Numbered from the stretch's first letter, positions 1 through 13,478 are shown. The stretch is DNA of 64,000 bases from Octopus vulgaris (GCA_951406725.2 OX597814.1:223510001-223574000), one strand, 5' to 3'. The notes: a model not told the origin generated them from the letters alone. Program-made: numbers and translations.

Positions 1-409
1 TTTTGAACATAAATATTAAAACTGCTTCCCTACCATTCCTTAATGCTACAACACAAAATTGATCTGCAGACTGATAATGATGTTCATTTTTATTATATAT
101 ATTTATTTATTTTTCAAATAAATTTTCTCTCTTTTAATATTAATCCTAATCTTTCTTAGAATAGAACGGAAGATTCCCTTTAACATAATTTTTCTCTACA
201 CTTCTTGTATGTTCTTCATTCTTGAAAGTCTTTATGCGTCCATTATCGAATATTTTAGAAGATATACTTTTATCCGTCTTCTTACTCGTGGGAAAATTAA
301 ATGATATCAAACAAATAGTAATTTTAGAAATATGTTTAAAACCAGTCATCATATTTAAAGAAATATCATTAACCATATTTATCATTGTTATTATTATCAT
401 CATCATTTT

Positions 410-581
410 TGCGAGCGGGTAGAATCGTCACCAGCCCTGGCAAAATTCTGCCGATGTCTATTTTCCTTTTCACCCTTTCGCTGGATCGATAAGTTCAGTA
501 CCAGTGGAACACTGAGGTCGATGCAATCACCTGGTCCTACTCACCCAAAATTTCAGCTCTTGTGCTTTTAGTAGAAATGAT
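410..581 (+). mobile_element. Decayed tRNA-derived SINE (Nin-domain-like family) whose tail runs into an (ATT)n array
   Basis: ttcaccctttcgctggatcgataagttcagtaccagt...actgaggtcgatgcaatc resembles the body of the intact copy at 54643-54873. Confidence 0.6.
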
Positions 582-583
582 TA

Positions 584-615
<32 letters not shown>

Positions 616-687
616 GTTATTGTTGTTGTTGTTGTTGTTGTTGTTATTATTATTATTTTATTATTATTATTATTATTATCATTATTA

Positions 688-746
<59 letters not shown>

Positions 747-766
747 TTATTATTATTATTATTATT
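580..766. repeat. (ATT)n/(GTT)n microsatellite
   Basis: Direct read. Confidence 0.97.
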
Positions 767-1331
767 AAGCGCGTCAAGTGAAGTCCAATATCAAGACAAT
801 GCTGACTTGTTTCATAGATGCGAAGGGAACTGTCCACGCAGAATTTGTTCCTCCTGGTCAAACTGTTAAGCAGACATTTTACTTGGCAGTTCTGAATCTT
901 TTGCGAGACGCAGTGAGACGAAAACGTCCCGACCTGGGGTAAAATGGAGGTTTCATCACGACAATGCGTCTGCGCACACCGCCGCCTTGGGTGTGAGAGC
1001 TTTTGCCCAAAAATGGCATGACTCCGCTTACCCACCCACCCTACTCGCCCGATCTTGCTCCCTGCGATTTTCTTTTCTTCTTTTTTACTCCTCTGAATGA
1101 AAAAATGTTTTTAAAGAAAAAACTTTTGAAGATGTGGAAGTGGTGAAGAGAAAAGACGACGGCGACGATAAAGGCCTCGTTTTACAAGATTTCCAGGACT
1201 GCTTCGAAAACGCGTCTGGACCGCTGCATTGCTTCAAAGGCAGAATATTTTGAAGGAAATAAAGATGTAAACGTATAAAACTAAGTGAACAAAATAATAT
1301 TGCAAAATTCCAGGTTTTGTTAGAGCACCTA
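767..1331 (+). mobile_element. Mariner (DD34D) transposase pseudogene, 3' half, with decayed 3' TIR
   Basis: Manual translation gives ARQVKSNIKTMLTCFIDAKGTVHAEFVPPGQTVKQTFYLAVL...RRKRPDL*, then FHHDNASAHT and PYSPDLAPCDF in shifted frames, which are mariner catalytic motifs; stops and frameshifts present. Confidence 0.92.
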
Positions 1332-1766
1332 ATTAGATGATGCATAAAGCAGAGTTCTTATGGAAGTTAATTGTTACATCTGTAAGAAGTTAATTCTTGC
1401 TCGTACAGATATCTTGTTGATATCTGTGATTTTAACACCATATCGTATACTAAATAAGGTCTTCTCTGTCGCTCTATCACAAAAACACACTCCCGTAGGA
1501 AGTGAATATGGTCAATGAAATAGATTATTAAACTCAAACAATCAACCTCGGTAAAGTCATCTCATGCTAGATGGTTTGAATATAGCACATAGAAGTTTCT
1601 CACCTTGTTTAACTAATAATAACCGTCATAAATATCGCGTATCATATAAATAACATTTTATACCATTACAGTTCATTTAAAGCATTAAGAACAGCGTCAA
1701 CACATACATTCAAAAGACTATATATATAAAGAGAGAGTGAGATAGAGAGAGAGAGAGAGAAATAGT

Positions 1767-1955
<189 letters not shown>

Positions 1956-3095
1956 AACTTTCTTTTATTAGCCACACAGGGCTGAATACAGAGGGGACAA
2001 ATACAAATGCAGAGCTTTTCTTTTCGAGGGTGGAAAAAAATGAAAAATGTAAGATTGCGATCAAAAGGGATCGAGAGGAGGAAAAAAAAAAGGAAAAAAA
2101 AAGAAAATCGTGTATCACAGAAATAATGGTGTAAACATTGATATAACAAGATTGGGTTCATCCGTGGGAAGAAAAGCCTACAGAAATGACCACGGGAACC
2201 CCAGTCAGGGAGGAAATAAACACATGAGGTCAAAAATGCTCTCTTTCTTTCTTTTTTACGATCTACAGGATCATGCTCAAAATGGTTTCGTTACTAGCAC
2301 GCACCATCTTTGCAACATTCACCCATCTTTTTTTGAATCTTTCATGAGACAAAACTTCCCTCTCCATTCTCACCTTCCTTTTCAAGTGGTACTTGAAAAA
2401 GTTGATGAGCGATTGGCCAGAGAGGTAAGTGTTTGTCTCTAATCCTTTCGCTCGAGTCCACCACACACATTCTTTCACCATGGCCACCAGTACGATGAAA
2501 ACTGCCTTGCCTTCCCGGTTGAGGGAAGGGGGCGGAGCAATTCTCACGATAGACTCGGCCGATAGGCGGATTCGTCCCACACGTGACAGCAGCCGTTCGG
2601 CATAAGCCCACAGGTCGGAAATGGTTGGACATTGCACGAGTGCGTGCAGAACGGTTTCGTCGCTCTGACCGCATCTCGGGCAAGTCGGTCCAGTGTGTCT
2701 GGAACCGTGTCTGTAGAGCTTATCCCGAACAGGTAATGCTTCTCGATAGCACTGCCAGGCCAGGGATCTTTGGTGATTGTTCATAGGTCCCGGCCCGAAA
2801 GTTGTCCTGAACAGGCGGGTCAGGTGTTCCTCGTCGACGCCCAGACTCTGCCCGAGTTCGTCGTCGCACCTCCCCTCCACTAATCCTCTATAGAATGCCT
2901 TTGTTGTGATGGAGTCGCACAAGTTCGATCCCGGACGGCAGAGTTGCTTGAGAGCAACGCGACACTCGCGGTGCCATTCGCCTAGCCTCGGTCTCTGCTT
3001 GATCCATGACTGTAGTTCGTCCAAGGAGACGAGCTGCGGGAAAGCGCGCCGCACAAAAGGCGACCACCCCTGTTCACCGTTGTCTATGAAGCGGT
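1956..3095 (-). mobile_element. 5'-truncated Tx1/L1-clade LINE inserted in a (GATA)n array
   Basis: GC-rich block with an open ORF2 C-terminus, a 3' UTR ending AATAAAagaaagtt, and a direct repeat gatagataggtggatagat at 1937-1955 and 3101-3119 (putative TSD). Confidence 0.85.
2263..3095 (-). pseudogene. C-terminal part of LINE ORF2 (post-RT region with zf-RVT-type CCHC zinc knuckle)
   Basis: ORF 2263..3054 contains LAWQCYREALPVRDKL...CPRCGQSDETVLHALVQC (C-X2-C...H-X4-C); the frame stays open to the truncation point (HRFIDNGEQGWSPFV). Confidence 0.85.
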
Positions 3096-3946
3096 GGATA
3101 GATAGATAGGTGGATAGATGTGTGTTTCTAAATAACAGAAAACAGCAAATATAATTTAGTCAAATAACGACACCATTCTAAATTGTAGTCTAAAGTATTA
3201 TAGATAAACTGTGATATCTATATTCCACTGAGACCTACCGATCGTTACACATAGAAACCCATTCACACACACACACACACATGTGAATGTGTGAGTGCAA
3301 GTGTTCATACGTGTATGTAAATATATTGTTTAGCTATAAATAAATATTTGTGCATCTGTGCGCGAGTGCATGTTTGTGTGTATGTGAATCTGCTTGAGTA
3401 TGTATATGTATGTAGATTGGATGTGATGTTTACCCACTCTTTTATTAGTGTGCGAGTGGCTGTGGTTATGTGTGAATGTATGTACGTGCGTATGTGGCTA
3501 TATGTGTGTATTGTGTGCGTGTTTGTGGCTATGTGTGTGTGTGTGTTTATGAGTGTAGTTTGTTTCCGTTGGATTACCTTTGTAAGAAATTTTAGATCTT
3601 TTTCCTACAAGGCTTAGCTTAATCTTTTCATGTGAATCCAACACCAAGCATTGATCAACTGTTGAAAATCCATTATGATACAATAATCTCATTATAGAGC
3701 ACCGAAACAAAGATACAAACAATAGTAAAAATAAACATGTTGCATCGATTACTTATCGATTTTTTTCTTCTTTCATAAAATCACTTAAGGCAGAATGCGA
3801 TTTTTCATTATTGACGTTACTGGGAAAGAGGCTTGATCTGGTGGTGTGTCTTGACATGAAGAAAAACAGTGCTCTTCTGTTGATGATGCTGATGCTGATA
3901 CTGATCTTGCTGCTACAACTACCTTCTCTATCACCACAACTATACT

Positions 3947-4010
3947 ACTAATAATAATAATAATAACAACAACAACAACAACACTAGTAATAATAATAAT
4001 AATAATGGTG

Positions 4011-4062
<52 letters not shown>

Positions 4063-4127
4063 TAATAATAATAATGATAATGATAATAATGATAATGATA
4101 ATAATAATGATGATAATAATAATAATG

Positions 4128-4186
<59 letters not shown>
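3947..4186. repeat. (AAT)n/(GAT)n/(AAC)n microsatellite
   Basis: Direct read. Confidence 0.97.
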
Positions 4187-4187
<1 letters not shown>

Positions 4188-5504
4188 TTTCCCGTGTAGT
4201 TGTTGTAATGTATCAGTATCTTGCTGTGTTGTAGCGTATATGTTTCATAAGAAGGCAAGATAATGAGATTTGATAATATTAACTAACAGAAAATGGGAAA
4301 ATCTTAATTGCACCAGTTAAAAGAATGAAGAACGAAATAATGATAGCAAAATTTTTTTTTAAAATATACTTTAAAAAACATTAATGCCTGAAATAAGAAA
4401 AGGAAGCAAAAGTAGAAATGAGATATAATTTCTGGAGAATAATAAATATGCTAAAACAATTACGTTGAACTCAGAAAAAAATGGAACTCAATACAAGAAT
4501 ATTTTTTTTTCGTGTGGCCTGAGTAAACTGTGTGAGAAATGGCTCGTATGTCAAGCTTATAGGAACATTCAAAGGCTGTGCAGAACAAGTGTTGTAAAAC
4601 AAATATGCAATATCCAAGGAAATATATCCATTTGAATCCTGCTACTACAGTTGGTGTTACAGTTGTTCTTAATTTGTGATTGTTGTTGTTTGGGTTTGTT
4701 CAGAGTCGTTAATATTATTTTCATAATTTTGTTTTATTTTATTTTATGTTTTTGTCGTTCTTTCTGGTTTGTGTTTAGTAGTGTGTCAATCCATGCTGAT
4801 GGTTCCAGTAACATGCATTCTCTTTCCTTCTTCCTCTCAGAAGACACCGCTTGCCCTTTCAATTTTCACTCAACCTTTACACCTTTTCTGAAGAATAGGA
4901 TGCTACGAGTGGTCTCTTATGTCCTTTCTCTTAATTAGAAATATAGCCACTTCCACAGAGAGATGGAGAAAAACAGAGTAAGGAATCTACCGCGAATGGA
5001 TGTAAAGTAAATTTAATCTCGGTAGGATTTCAATTAAGAACACAAATATGGAATACTGCACAGTTTTATATCCTCCATTCTTATAAATCTGGCATTTCAG
5101 TGATTTTCTTCATTATGAATTATTTTAATTATAATTACAGTTGCTTACCTGTCGTTGCTCAGTTTTCGATGATTTCTATCTTCATTATACACATCAGTAA
5201 GTGCTCGGTTTGCTAGAGATAGTAACTAAGTATCTTTTAAGATCCTGTCACGTTAGAAATAAATTATACATGAAGACACGCAATTCTGGTTTTCTTACTA
5301 TCGCGTTGTGACACTATCTTCGGAACTTTTTTAAGCAATCTCAGTGACTATAATATGGTTTCAGTTGATACGTATATTATCATCTTGTGTTACTCTGAGT
5401 AATTTTACATTTTGCTTCGACGCCGATGTTTTTTATTAATTTTAATCAGCGGTGTGATGGGAAGCTAACTTATTTATGCATATATATAATACAAGCTTCT
5501 GAGC

Positions 5505-5648
5505 ATTTTGTCCCTACCAAATTCCACTCACAAGATATCGTTCATCGCAGGGCTATAGTTGAAGACATTTTCTAACGTATCGCGCAGTCAGAATAGACCA
5601 GGCCCCAGGTGCCTGCGAAGCAAAATCCTCTCCTGCACTGTCATACCT
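5505..5648 (-). mobile_element. Decayed copy of the CORE-like octopus SINE family
   Basis: ctaccaaattccactcacaag...ggctatagttgaagacat resembles 53141-53200. Confidence 0.6.
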
Positions 5649-7411
5649 TTGCACTATGTTTTAAACAATAAATTTTCTGGCTGGAAAACATTTTATTATA
5701 AGGGATGGCCAATGTTTAAAAAATCAATATTAATACACCCAATTGAATCGATCAGTACATTTGAACAATTAGCGCCGATTTCAAAATGCATGTTTGTTGA
5801 ACAATCACTTCTTTTTCCTTATGAATCTGAGCTTGAAAACTATCTATGAACTAAGTATTTGATTCTGATTGTTGTGTGAATTGTAAAACAATAGAGAAGC
5901 TACTCATTAATAAATTTTTATGAGTCCAAATTTTCCTGTATCTGAAATGTTTCTCAGAGGGTCATTTATAGAATGCAAATTCTTAATTGCCCTTAATAAT
6001 ACAAGGGTATTTAGCATTGTGAAATTAAATCAATACATTATTTTGCAGTTTCATGTTAAGAAGCTATGAAATACTTAATGAATGAGCTTTTATGTGCTTC
6101 CACATTCGGTAAGAAATAGTAGAAGTCACACATCGTTTTGTGGCGCATTTGATAATGTAGTTGAAATATATCCTCTGGAAAAAAATCGGACAGTTTTGTT
6201 TTTTGGGGTTTTTTTTTTCCTTTTTTTTAATCTCTTTCGTAGCTCTTCGCCAACACGGCTCACTTGGGAGTAATAGCCATCTGGTTCAGTATAAATTTAG
6301 AAAGTACCATTATTTGGCAGATAAAAATGTCTATACTTTGTTAAAATGTATGCGTTACTATTAAGCTAACGTGTCTTCGAAGTCTTCAAAACTATGCACG
6401 TAAAATATGATCGAATGTTGTCGTAATGAATATTCTAAGCAGTTGTTTGAGACATGTGTGAGTCCAAGGACACAGAAACAATGGACATTTTGTCATAGAT
6501 AATAACATAAATTACTCTTATAATAGTTTGTTCGTCAAAATTTTTAATATAATTCTTCAAACGCATAATTTTAAAAACTCCGGAGGAACTTCGGCTCATA
6601 TTCTTCAATAAGGCCTCATGATAAATATTATGATTTTATGCCCTCAGTAGCTATTAATTAGCTATTATAAACCTAATTATAAATTGCAACGCAATAGACA
6701 GTGTTTTCGTATTTTTGGATCGTCGTATATTTCGCCAGAATCGATTTTACTTCTGTCTTAGAGTTACTATTAACACATATAAGGTACAAAAGATTAACAT
6801 ATTATAATTTGAAATATTGGATAAAAAGCCAAAATGAATTTCAGCACATTATTTAAATAATTTCTGCAAGTACTGGAGATAATTCTAGACGTAACATAAT
6901 AACAATAGATTTTCTCAGAAAACTACCGAAGTAGTTATTAGTGAGGGAATCAAAATGTAGTTGTAGAACGTGTAAATGTAGACATGAAAATGTAACATAT
7001 TTAAAAAGTAATTAACCTCAGTGATTTCTTTAGTTTAATTTTACTTAACTACTCAAGCTTAAATGCATTTAATTGCCACTTAACTCTATACAGCATACAT
7101 CATGCGTGCACTAGGAGTGGTTCCATCGATTTTAGTCCTTCTGTAAAATCACTGCTTACTAAAATGCAGGCTAAATGTGAGTTGCAGACGTAACCTGGCT
7201 TCGATTATGATACTATTAAAGACAATGAATTCATTGGCTGCAAATTTCTATCCCCAAAATCATTGCGTAATAACGGCCATTACGTGATAACATGTTTAGT
7301 TGAGATGCCTACTAAAATTACTTTCTCTCCCTCTCTATTTTCCCTGTATATATAAATATATATATATATATAGGGTTTACTGGGATGACCTGATATATAT
7401 ATATGCATATA

Positions 7412-7626
7412 CAGTAGACCTCGACTATCGCAGGAGTTACGTTCCAAACTCCACTGTGATAAGTGAAAATACCTGAAATAGAAAGAGTACTGTATATTTT
7501 TTTCTTATTTTTATAATTTGTATATATTTATTTTACTATAAATGCCAAACAACCCCACGGAGGAATCGACGTAAGCTTAAATAATAAAGCGGGATAGGTG
7601 AACCGCGATATGGCGAATGATTACTG
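7412..7626. mobile_element. Tigger/pogo-type MITE
   Basis: TA-flanked; imperfect TIRs CAGTAGACCTCGACTATCGC / GCGATATGGCGAATGATTACTG. Confidence 0.75.
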
Positions 7627-7747
7627 TATATATTTATATATATATTTATTTCATATCACACGAGGAGTTTTAGACCGGCAATTTAAACTGGTCGTGTACA
7701 TGCTTGCATCTATATGTATGTATACGTTCGTACATGTAAGTATTCGT

Positions 7748-7794
<47 letters not shown>

Positions 7795-7848
7795 GTAGAC
7801 CATTTCTTATGCAGAGCCAGAAATATATATATATATGCATACATACAC

Positions 7849-7903
<55 letters not shown>

Positions 7904-7921
7904 ATAAGGGATCATGGGTAA

Positions 7922-8155
7922 TGCCAGAACAATGCGAAGTAAATGCAAGGCAAATCACAAGACACAAATATGTGAATTAATGTAGACTTATCTTTGCATT
8001 CAGTATTTTGGGGTTATGATCCCATTTTCAAGAAATTAACGTTCTTGAAAATGGGGTCATAACCCCGAAATATTGAATGCAAGGTAAGTCTACATTAATT
8101 CATATATATCTGTTTCTTGTGATTTGCCTTGCATTTACTTCACTCTGTTCTGGCA
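7922..8155. repeat. ~230 bp imperfect palindrome (two inverted pLTR-like copies, 7-nt loop at 8035-8041)
   Basis: tgccagaac...cattttcaagaa / ttcttgaaaatg...gttctggca are reverse complements with scattered mismatches. Confidence 0.93.
8042..8077 (+). ncRNA. Minimal type I hammerhead ribozyme motif, U3-A8 core variant
   Basis: uuc-UUGAAAA-U-GGGGU(CAUA)ACCCC-GAAA-UA-UU-gaa: helix I uuc/gaa, helix II, palindromic AAUAUU helix III. Confidence 0.6.
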
Positions 8156-8491
8156 CTTCATTCCTTTATTCAATGTAGTCTACGCAATGCCTCAAAGTAA
8201 TATATATCACTTAATGTACGCAGTATAAAGGCGTGAGACTGCAATAGATTCCTGTATTAGAGATGTAGATGTTTTCATAAAACACGTTGTGTCTCCAAGC
8301 AATTTCAGTGTTTGTGCACATAGTGTATTCAAATTACAAAATTGAACGAGAAGGTGGATGGAAAAAGTGAAAGCGTCAATATATGTATATAAAGTTAATC
8401 CAAACAAGAAAGCACAAAAAAACACAACAAAGCGAGGTTGTGGAACAAATATAGTATTATTGGACGCTCAGGAAAGAAGGAAAGAAGGAGG

Positions 8492-8526
8492 GTTTAACGT
8501 TTCGAGCGGAGCTCTTCGTCGGAAAC
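8492..8526 (-). ncRNA. Minimal type I hammerhead ribozyme motif, U4C core variant, in a short pLTR-like element (~8378-8600)
   Basis: Reverse strand guuu-CCGACGA-A-GAGC(UCC)GCUC-GAAA-CG-UU-aaac; palindromic AACGUU helix III. Confidence 0.7.
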
Positions 8527-9489
8527 ATAGGAGAAGGAAAAATCCAGAGAAGGGAAGACAGAGGAAAAAAATCGCCAACGGTACACACGAGGTCTGCCAC
8601 AAAGTGTCGAGCCACAAATATTGTCTTGAATTACATTGATCAGGAGACTGCTCGGTCGTTTCTTATTTGAGGTTAAATAATAAAACCACCACTTTTCTTC
8701 TTCTTTTACTAACATCAGCGTTGGCACAGTTCTTGTGGCTTCAACATTTCAACACCCTAATGTTCCAAAATAATACCATGATGTAATAGTACTACTTGGA
8801 GTGGATGTACTAGAATTATTTCGCTGAAACACGGGTAATTTTTTTAGGAAAGAGGAAATGACAGTTCTGACCTTCACACACACACTTCTTTCCAAAACCT
8901 CTGTTGACATAGGTAATGTCTAAATCGGAAACGTAAATAGCTTTAACCGGAAAAATCAACAGAACGTGCTCTGTAACCATAGAACAACGTATCTCCTCCC
9001 ACAATTACTACAAAAATATTTACAAAGCTCGTATTAGCATTCCTCTGGTAAAAGTGAGAAAATTAGCTATAAATAAATTTTTGTTTTTCAAAGTATAAAC
9101 TAAATTATCATGCAAGGAGCGCTTAGTGACTTCGGGATTTCCTAATATTTAGAAAGTTGACAATCTTTATAGAAAGTCATATATTTCTACCTGTAAGTTG
9201 GTTTCAATATGATTAAATCAAATTATGATATCACAATTTTATTTGGTTTTGCTTCCGTTTTTATAATTATTTTTTATAAATTTGCGAGAGAAGGATAGGA
9301 AATATATATGATATTTAAAGGCCATCACATACAGTGGGAATGCTGAGCATGTTCAGCCTGAATATTTGTAGATCAACTTTTACTTGAAAAGCGTGGGTAC
9401 GTGTGAAGCTTTAGAGGGTTACAATCTTACGGAGGAAAATGTTAAAGATATATTAGCTTCAACTTTTGATACAACGACAGCAATATCAG

Positions 9490-9657
9490 AGAAGAGGTTA
9501 AGTCGATTACATCAATCCCATTGCTCGACTGTTACTTATTTCCTCTACCCCGTAGAATGAAAGGCAAATATGGCAATCGGCAGAGTTTGAACTCGGAGCA
9601 TAAAGGCGAAGGAAATGACGCTAAGCTTTTTGCTCGGCGTGACAGTTCGCCGCCTAA
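9490..9657 (-). mobile_element. Decayed Nin-domain-like SINE
   Basis: aagtcgattacatc...gaatgaaaggcaaa...tttgaactcggagc...ttcgccgcct matches the reverse complement of 54643-54810. Confidence 0.75.
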
Positions 9658-11454
9658 GAGAAAATGTAATATATTTGAGGTGACTGGCTGATAACGCGCG
9701 GGGATTTGAAAAGTTAATCGGCTGGCAAGATCAGAAGAGAAAAAGAAAATATTGTAGATGTAGAATAGGTAAATATAGTATAAAGTACATCTGCTAGAGA
9801 GTTGTTGGTGAGACCATTGAGAAAGGAGTGCGCGGCGTGAATATTTCCTTTCATATTTGCATTTCTTCTACATATATGGAATAGTTCTTGTGACAAAGAA
9901 TGCTAAATCACCATGAGTAAGTATCGTTTTGGTAAATGTAAATGGTCACTCAATAGTTGTTATTAGGAAGACTTTAGACAAGTATTCAAAGATAGTTAAA
10001 GTTTTCAAGAGAAACGAAGTTCGGAATAGTTATTATCTTAGATTCACCCTTATAGTAAAACCAATGAAAATTTGTAGCATATGAAATATAAAATCTCTCC
10101 TCAATATTCGTTTAAAAACTTCCTGAACAAGTTGTTGGTATATTCATGCTAGATAACTGTTCATATGTACTACACTATTCTTTTAAGAATATTTCAATGA
10201 AATAATTAAAAATGTAATGGCAGATACGATAGAAGCAGTGTGATTAATTCACTCTATAATTTTATCACCATAAATATTGCTAATAGCTTATGTTGCATAT
10301 GTCGCATTTATACATACACATAGACACTCACATGTGTGTGTGTGTGGGGGGTAGTTTTGTGAGTGTTTGCTTTTGGAAAACGGGCTTGCGTACTCAATAT
10401 ATGATGTGGAGCGTGTATTATTTATTAAAGCTGAAACAACTCTTGGTTACATTCACAGATTATTCTGGGAAAGCATTCTAAATCCATCACATATCTCTTT
10501 AATACTTATATGCAGAGCGCATGGTATTAGTGATGTGAAAGAATATGTGACGTCTTCGTGTCTTCAGTATAATATGTATAAAACATTCTCAAGCCAGGGA
10601 TGAGTTAACGAAAAACGATTTACTGGTAATGAATTACGTGTTATTTATATTGTCATTATTCAGGTATGATAAATCAATAGCGTAAGAAATAAACTATTTT
10701 AGCAATTAAGGACGTTGCGAGAATTCTTCAATAAATAGTGATTGAAATGTCTTCAAGAATTTATCAATTTTGATCTTTTATTAAAAATTATAAAAGGTTA
10801 TACTTCTCGATGCTGAGATTAAGCCTGCTGGCTCAATTATTGAAGGAAGACATTTGTTCTATAACAGTCGCATCAATTTTATACTGTTAGATATATTTAC
10901 AGAGTGAAGTGGCGATGCGTCTTTCTAAGTGTCTGAATGTACACTTATGCTGCAAGAAATTTTTTCAGGATATTTTTCTTGAGAAAATCCGACATAGCTC
11001 TAATTAATTGTTATCTGCAAGGGAAACATTTGCTTCATAAAACAATATTTTAGAAGAACTCATACTGTAGAAAAGACACATATTGAGATTTTTCCACTTC
11101 AACAGAGCAGAAGAAATTTTTGCACGTTCGCACTACAAATATTTGTTCGGTATCCATTACATTTGGTAGCAGTGAAGTTATAGTGCAACCGGCGCTCATC
11201 TTAGTACTTATTTTTACATTAACCATTTGTGAGTAATCGGTAAAATGAGATTCGGAGTTATGATTCAAAAATTAGCTTTCAATGATATATATACTCTTTA
11301 TTTTATGCATTGAAGTCTTCTTTCTGTTTGCAAACACATATTTATCAATTTATATATTGCTGCTTATCATGCCGACCACTGTCCACATAATTTGTATAAA
11401 AAGTCGAATATAGAACAGTAGCCACTGAAGATTTCTGCAGAGAATATAATGGAA

Positions 11455-11890
11455 TCATCCATCTTCTCCACCCACTATTCCAGAGTGGGCTGTAGGGGTA
11501 ATGTCATCAGACACCTCCATCGTACTGACCTACCAGAAGCAATCTTCATTACAATTTCTTCCTGGATTCGTAAGTGGAACTAACTAAGACTATGGATATT
11601 TACCAACCATCTCATTCCTAGTCTACTCCTAGATCTCCTGATAATGATTCAGCTTGAAGAATCCGTCTTCCGATTCTTTCATGCGAAATTCTTATAGCAT
11701 ATCCGTAGTACCTGGACAGTGACCTCATAATGCGGGCGTTGCGGCTCTCAGGAAAGACTACCTGATGTTCAAGCTTTGCACCCATTCTAGTAGCATAGAG
11801 GATTTTGAGTGAGTTTGAAATTAATGGAAAACATTTCGATGCTGTGAAGTCCCTATACAAATGCCCAGATGTGTGTTCGGGTAACTGTCA
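11455..11890 (-). mobile_element. Decayed RTE/RTEX-type LINE 3' end
   Basis: ORF 11618..11860 has IMRSLSRYYGYAIRISHERIGRRIL (resembles the RTE RWYGHVxRM..R..K motif); tail gtgggtggagaagatggatg. Confidence 0.65.
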
Positions 11891-12374
11891 AAGAACTCAT
11901 TAAAAAGAAAGCATTAATTGTCCAATTGAAAACTACAATGATTTAATGATTTAATCAAGATTTAATCACTATGGTGTCGAAACTAAAATGACCTCTGAAC
12001 CGACAGCGCACGGATGGAACCCGCGGTTCATGTGTATTTCATGTTATGTATTTTCACTGAATCGTGTTATTTTCTTCCAGTTTCTACATCCATATATATG
12101 TGCTTGTGTGTGTGTGTATGTGTTTGTGTATATACGTATTCGAGCGCGCGCGTTTGTGTATGTATGTGTGTGTGTGTGTGTGCATGTGTTTGTGTGTGCG
12201 TTTGTGGGTTGTACTTCATTCCTCCGATTTTATTACGCAGCTCAGCGGGGAGAGTTACTTTTTCCAGAATTGCAATAGTCCGGGACTAACAATTTCTTAT
12301 TTGTCGGTTCTTGGTAGCGTTCAACGATAGAACACTGCCCGGTCTAGCTGGTACAGGAAATAAACAATAAAAAT

Positions 12375-13433
12375 GTGTATGTATATATATATAAATTAAT
12401 AAATAAATAAAACATACGCATATATACATACATATATGTACGTACCTACCTCTACATGTATATATACATGCATATATGGGTACAGGACACCAAAAAACGT
12501 CGATCGAACACAATGAGAAACGAAAACATAAACACAAAACCAAGGAAATGGACATTTTTTTTAAACAACGAAAAAATAGAGTACAGGACAAATAACACAA
12601 GGAAAATTCCCCTTCTTCAGTCGCCTTAATTTCATCTACTCCACGTTTCGAAGGTCAAGGCGATACATGACTTCAATGAAAATTTCCTTCCCGCGAAAAT
12701 CAAATTAAATAAAATTTGAGATTTTTTGGCGGAGGGGTAAAAATGGTAACAAAAACAGGACAGTAACCACAGTACAAAATATAAACAGTAAAAGACAGGA
12801 CACGGAGAATAACAGTAACACAAACAAGAAGGGCTGTTAAGCCAAACGAGATAAAAAAATTTTACGAACGCTATTGTTTGAGAACGGCAGAGAGCAACAG
12901 ATATTTCCGTCTCTACTTGAAGGAGGCCAGGAGAAGAAAGACAGAAATAGCCATCTCATCACGTGACCGCGACGGGAGGGAGGAGGAGGAGTAAGAGAAA
13001 GAGAGAGAAAAAAGGGAATGGTTGTAGAGAAAAGAATGAAGAATGAGAGAGAGAGGGAGTGGCAGTAAGGTAGAAGAAAAGGAAAGCCAAAAGAATGAAG
13101 GCTGAGAAAGGGAGGGGAGAGAAATGTTAAGAGTGCGCATCATTATTAATATTAAGAACAATCTTACTTAGAAATGGATGCGTGCGTTCCGTCATGTAAT
13201 AAATTAATAAATAATAAAACATATGCATACGTTGTTTTAAAAAAATGTTATGTTTATGTTTTCGTTTCTCATTGTGTTCGACGTTTGTTGGTGTCCTGTA
13301 CTCATATATGCATGTATATATGCATGTAGAGGTAAGTACGTACATATATGTATGTATATACGCATATGTTTTATTTATTTATTAATTTATTACATGACGG
13401 AACGCACGCATCCATTTCTAAGTAAGATTGTTC

Positions 13434-13440
<7 letters not shown>
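12375..13440. mobile_element. Penelope-like pLTR fragment (12375-12800, minus) with a partial inverted copy (13230-13385) and a further inner inverted repeat (13148-13228 / 13362-13440)
   Basis: 12395-12570 is the reverse complement of 13230-13385; the same family recurs at 20460-20915; ends in (TA)n. Confidence 0.6.

Positions 13441-13478
<38 letters not shown>

Noticed and set aside
4887-4920. Other CTGANGA occurrences (4888, 11424, 37124)
   Set aside because: No correctly placed helix II, GAAA or helix I
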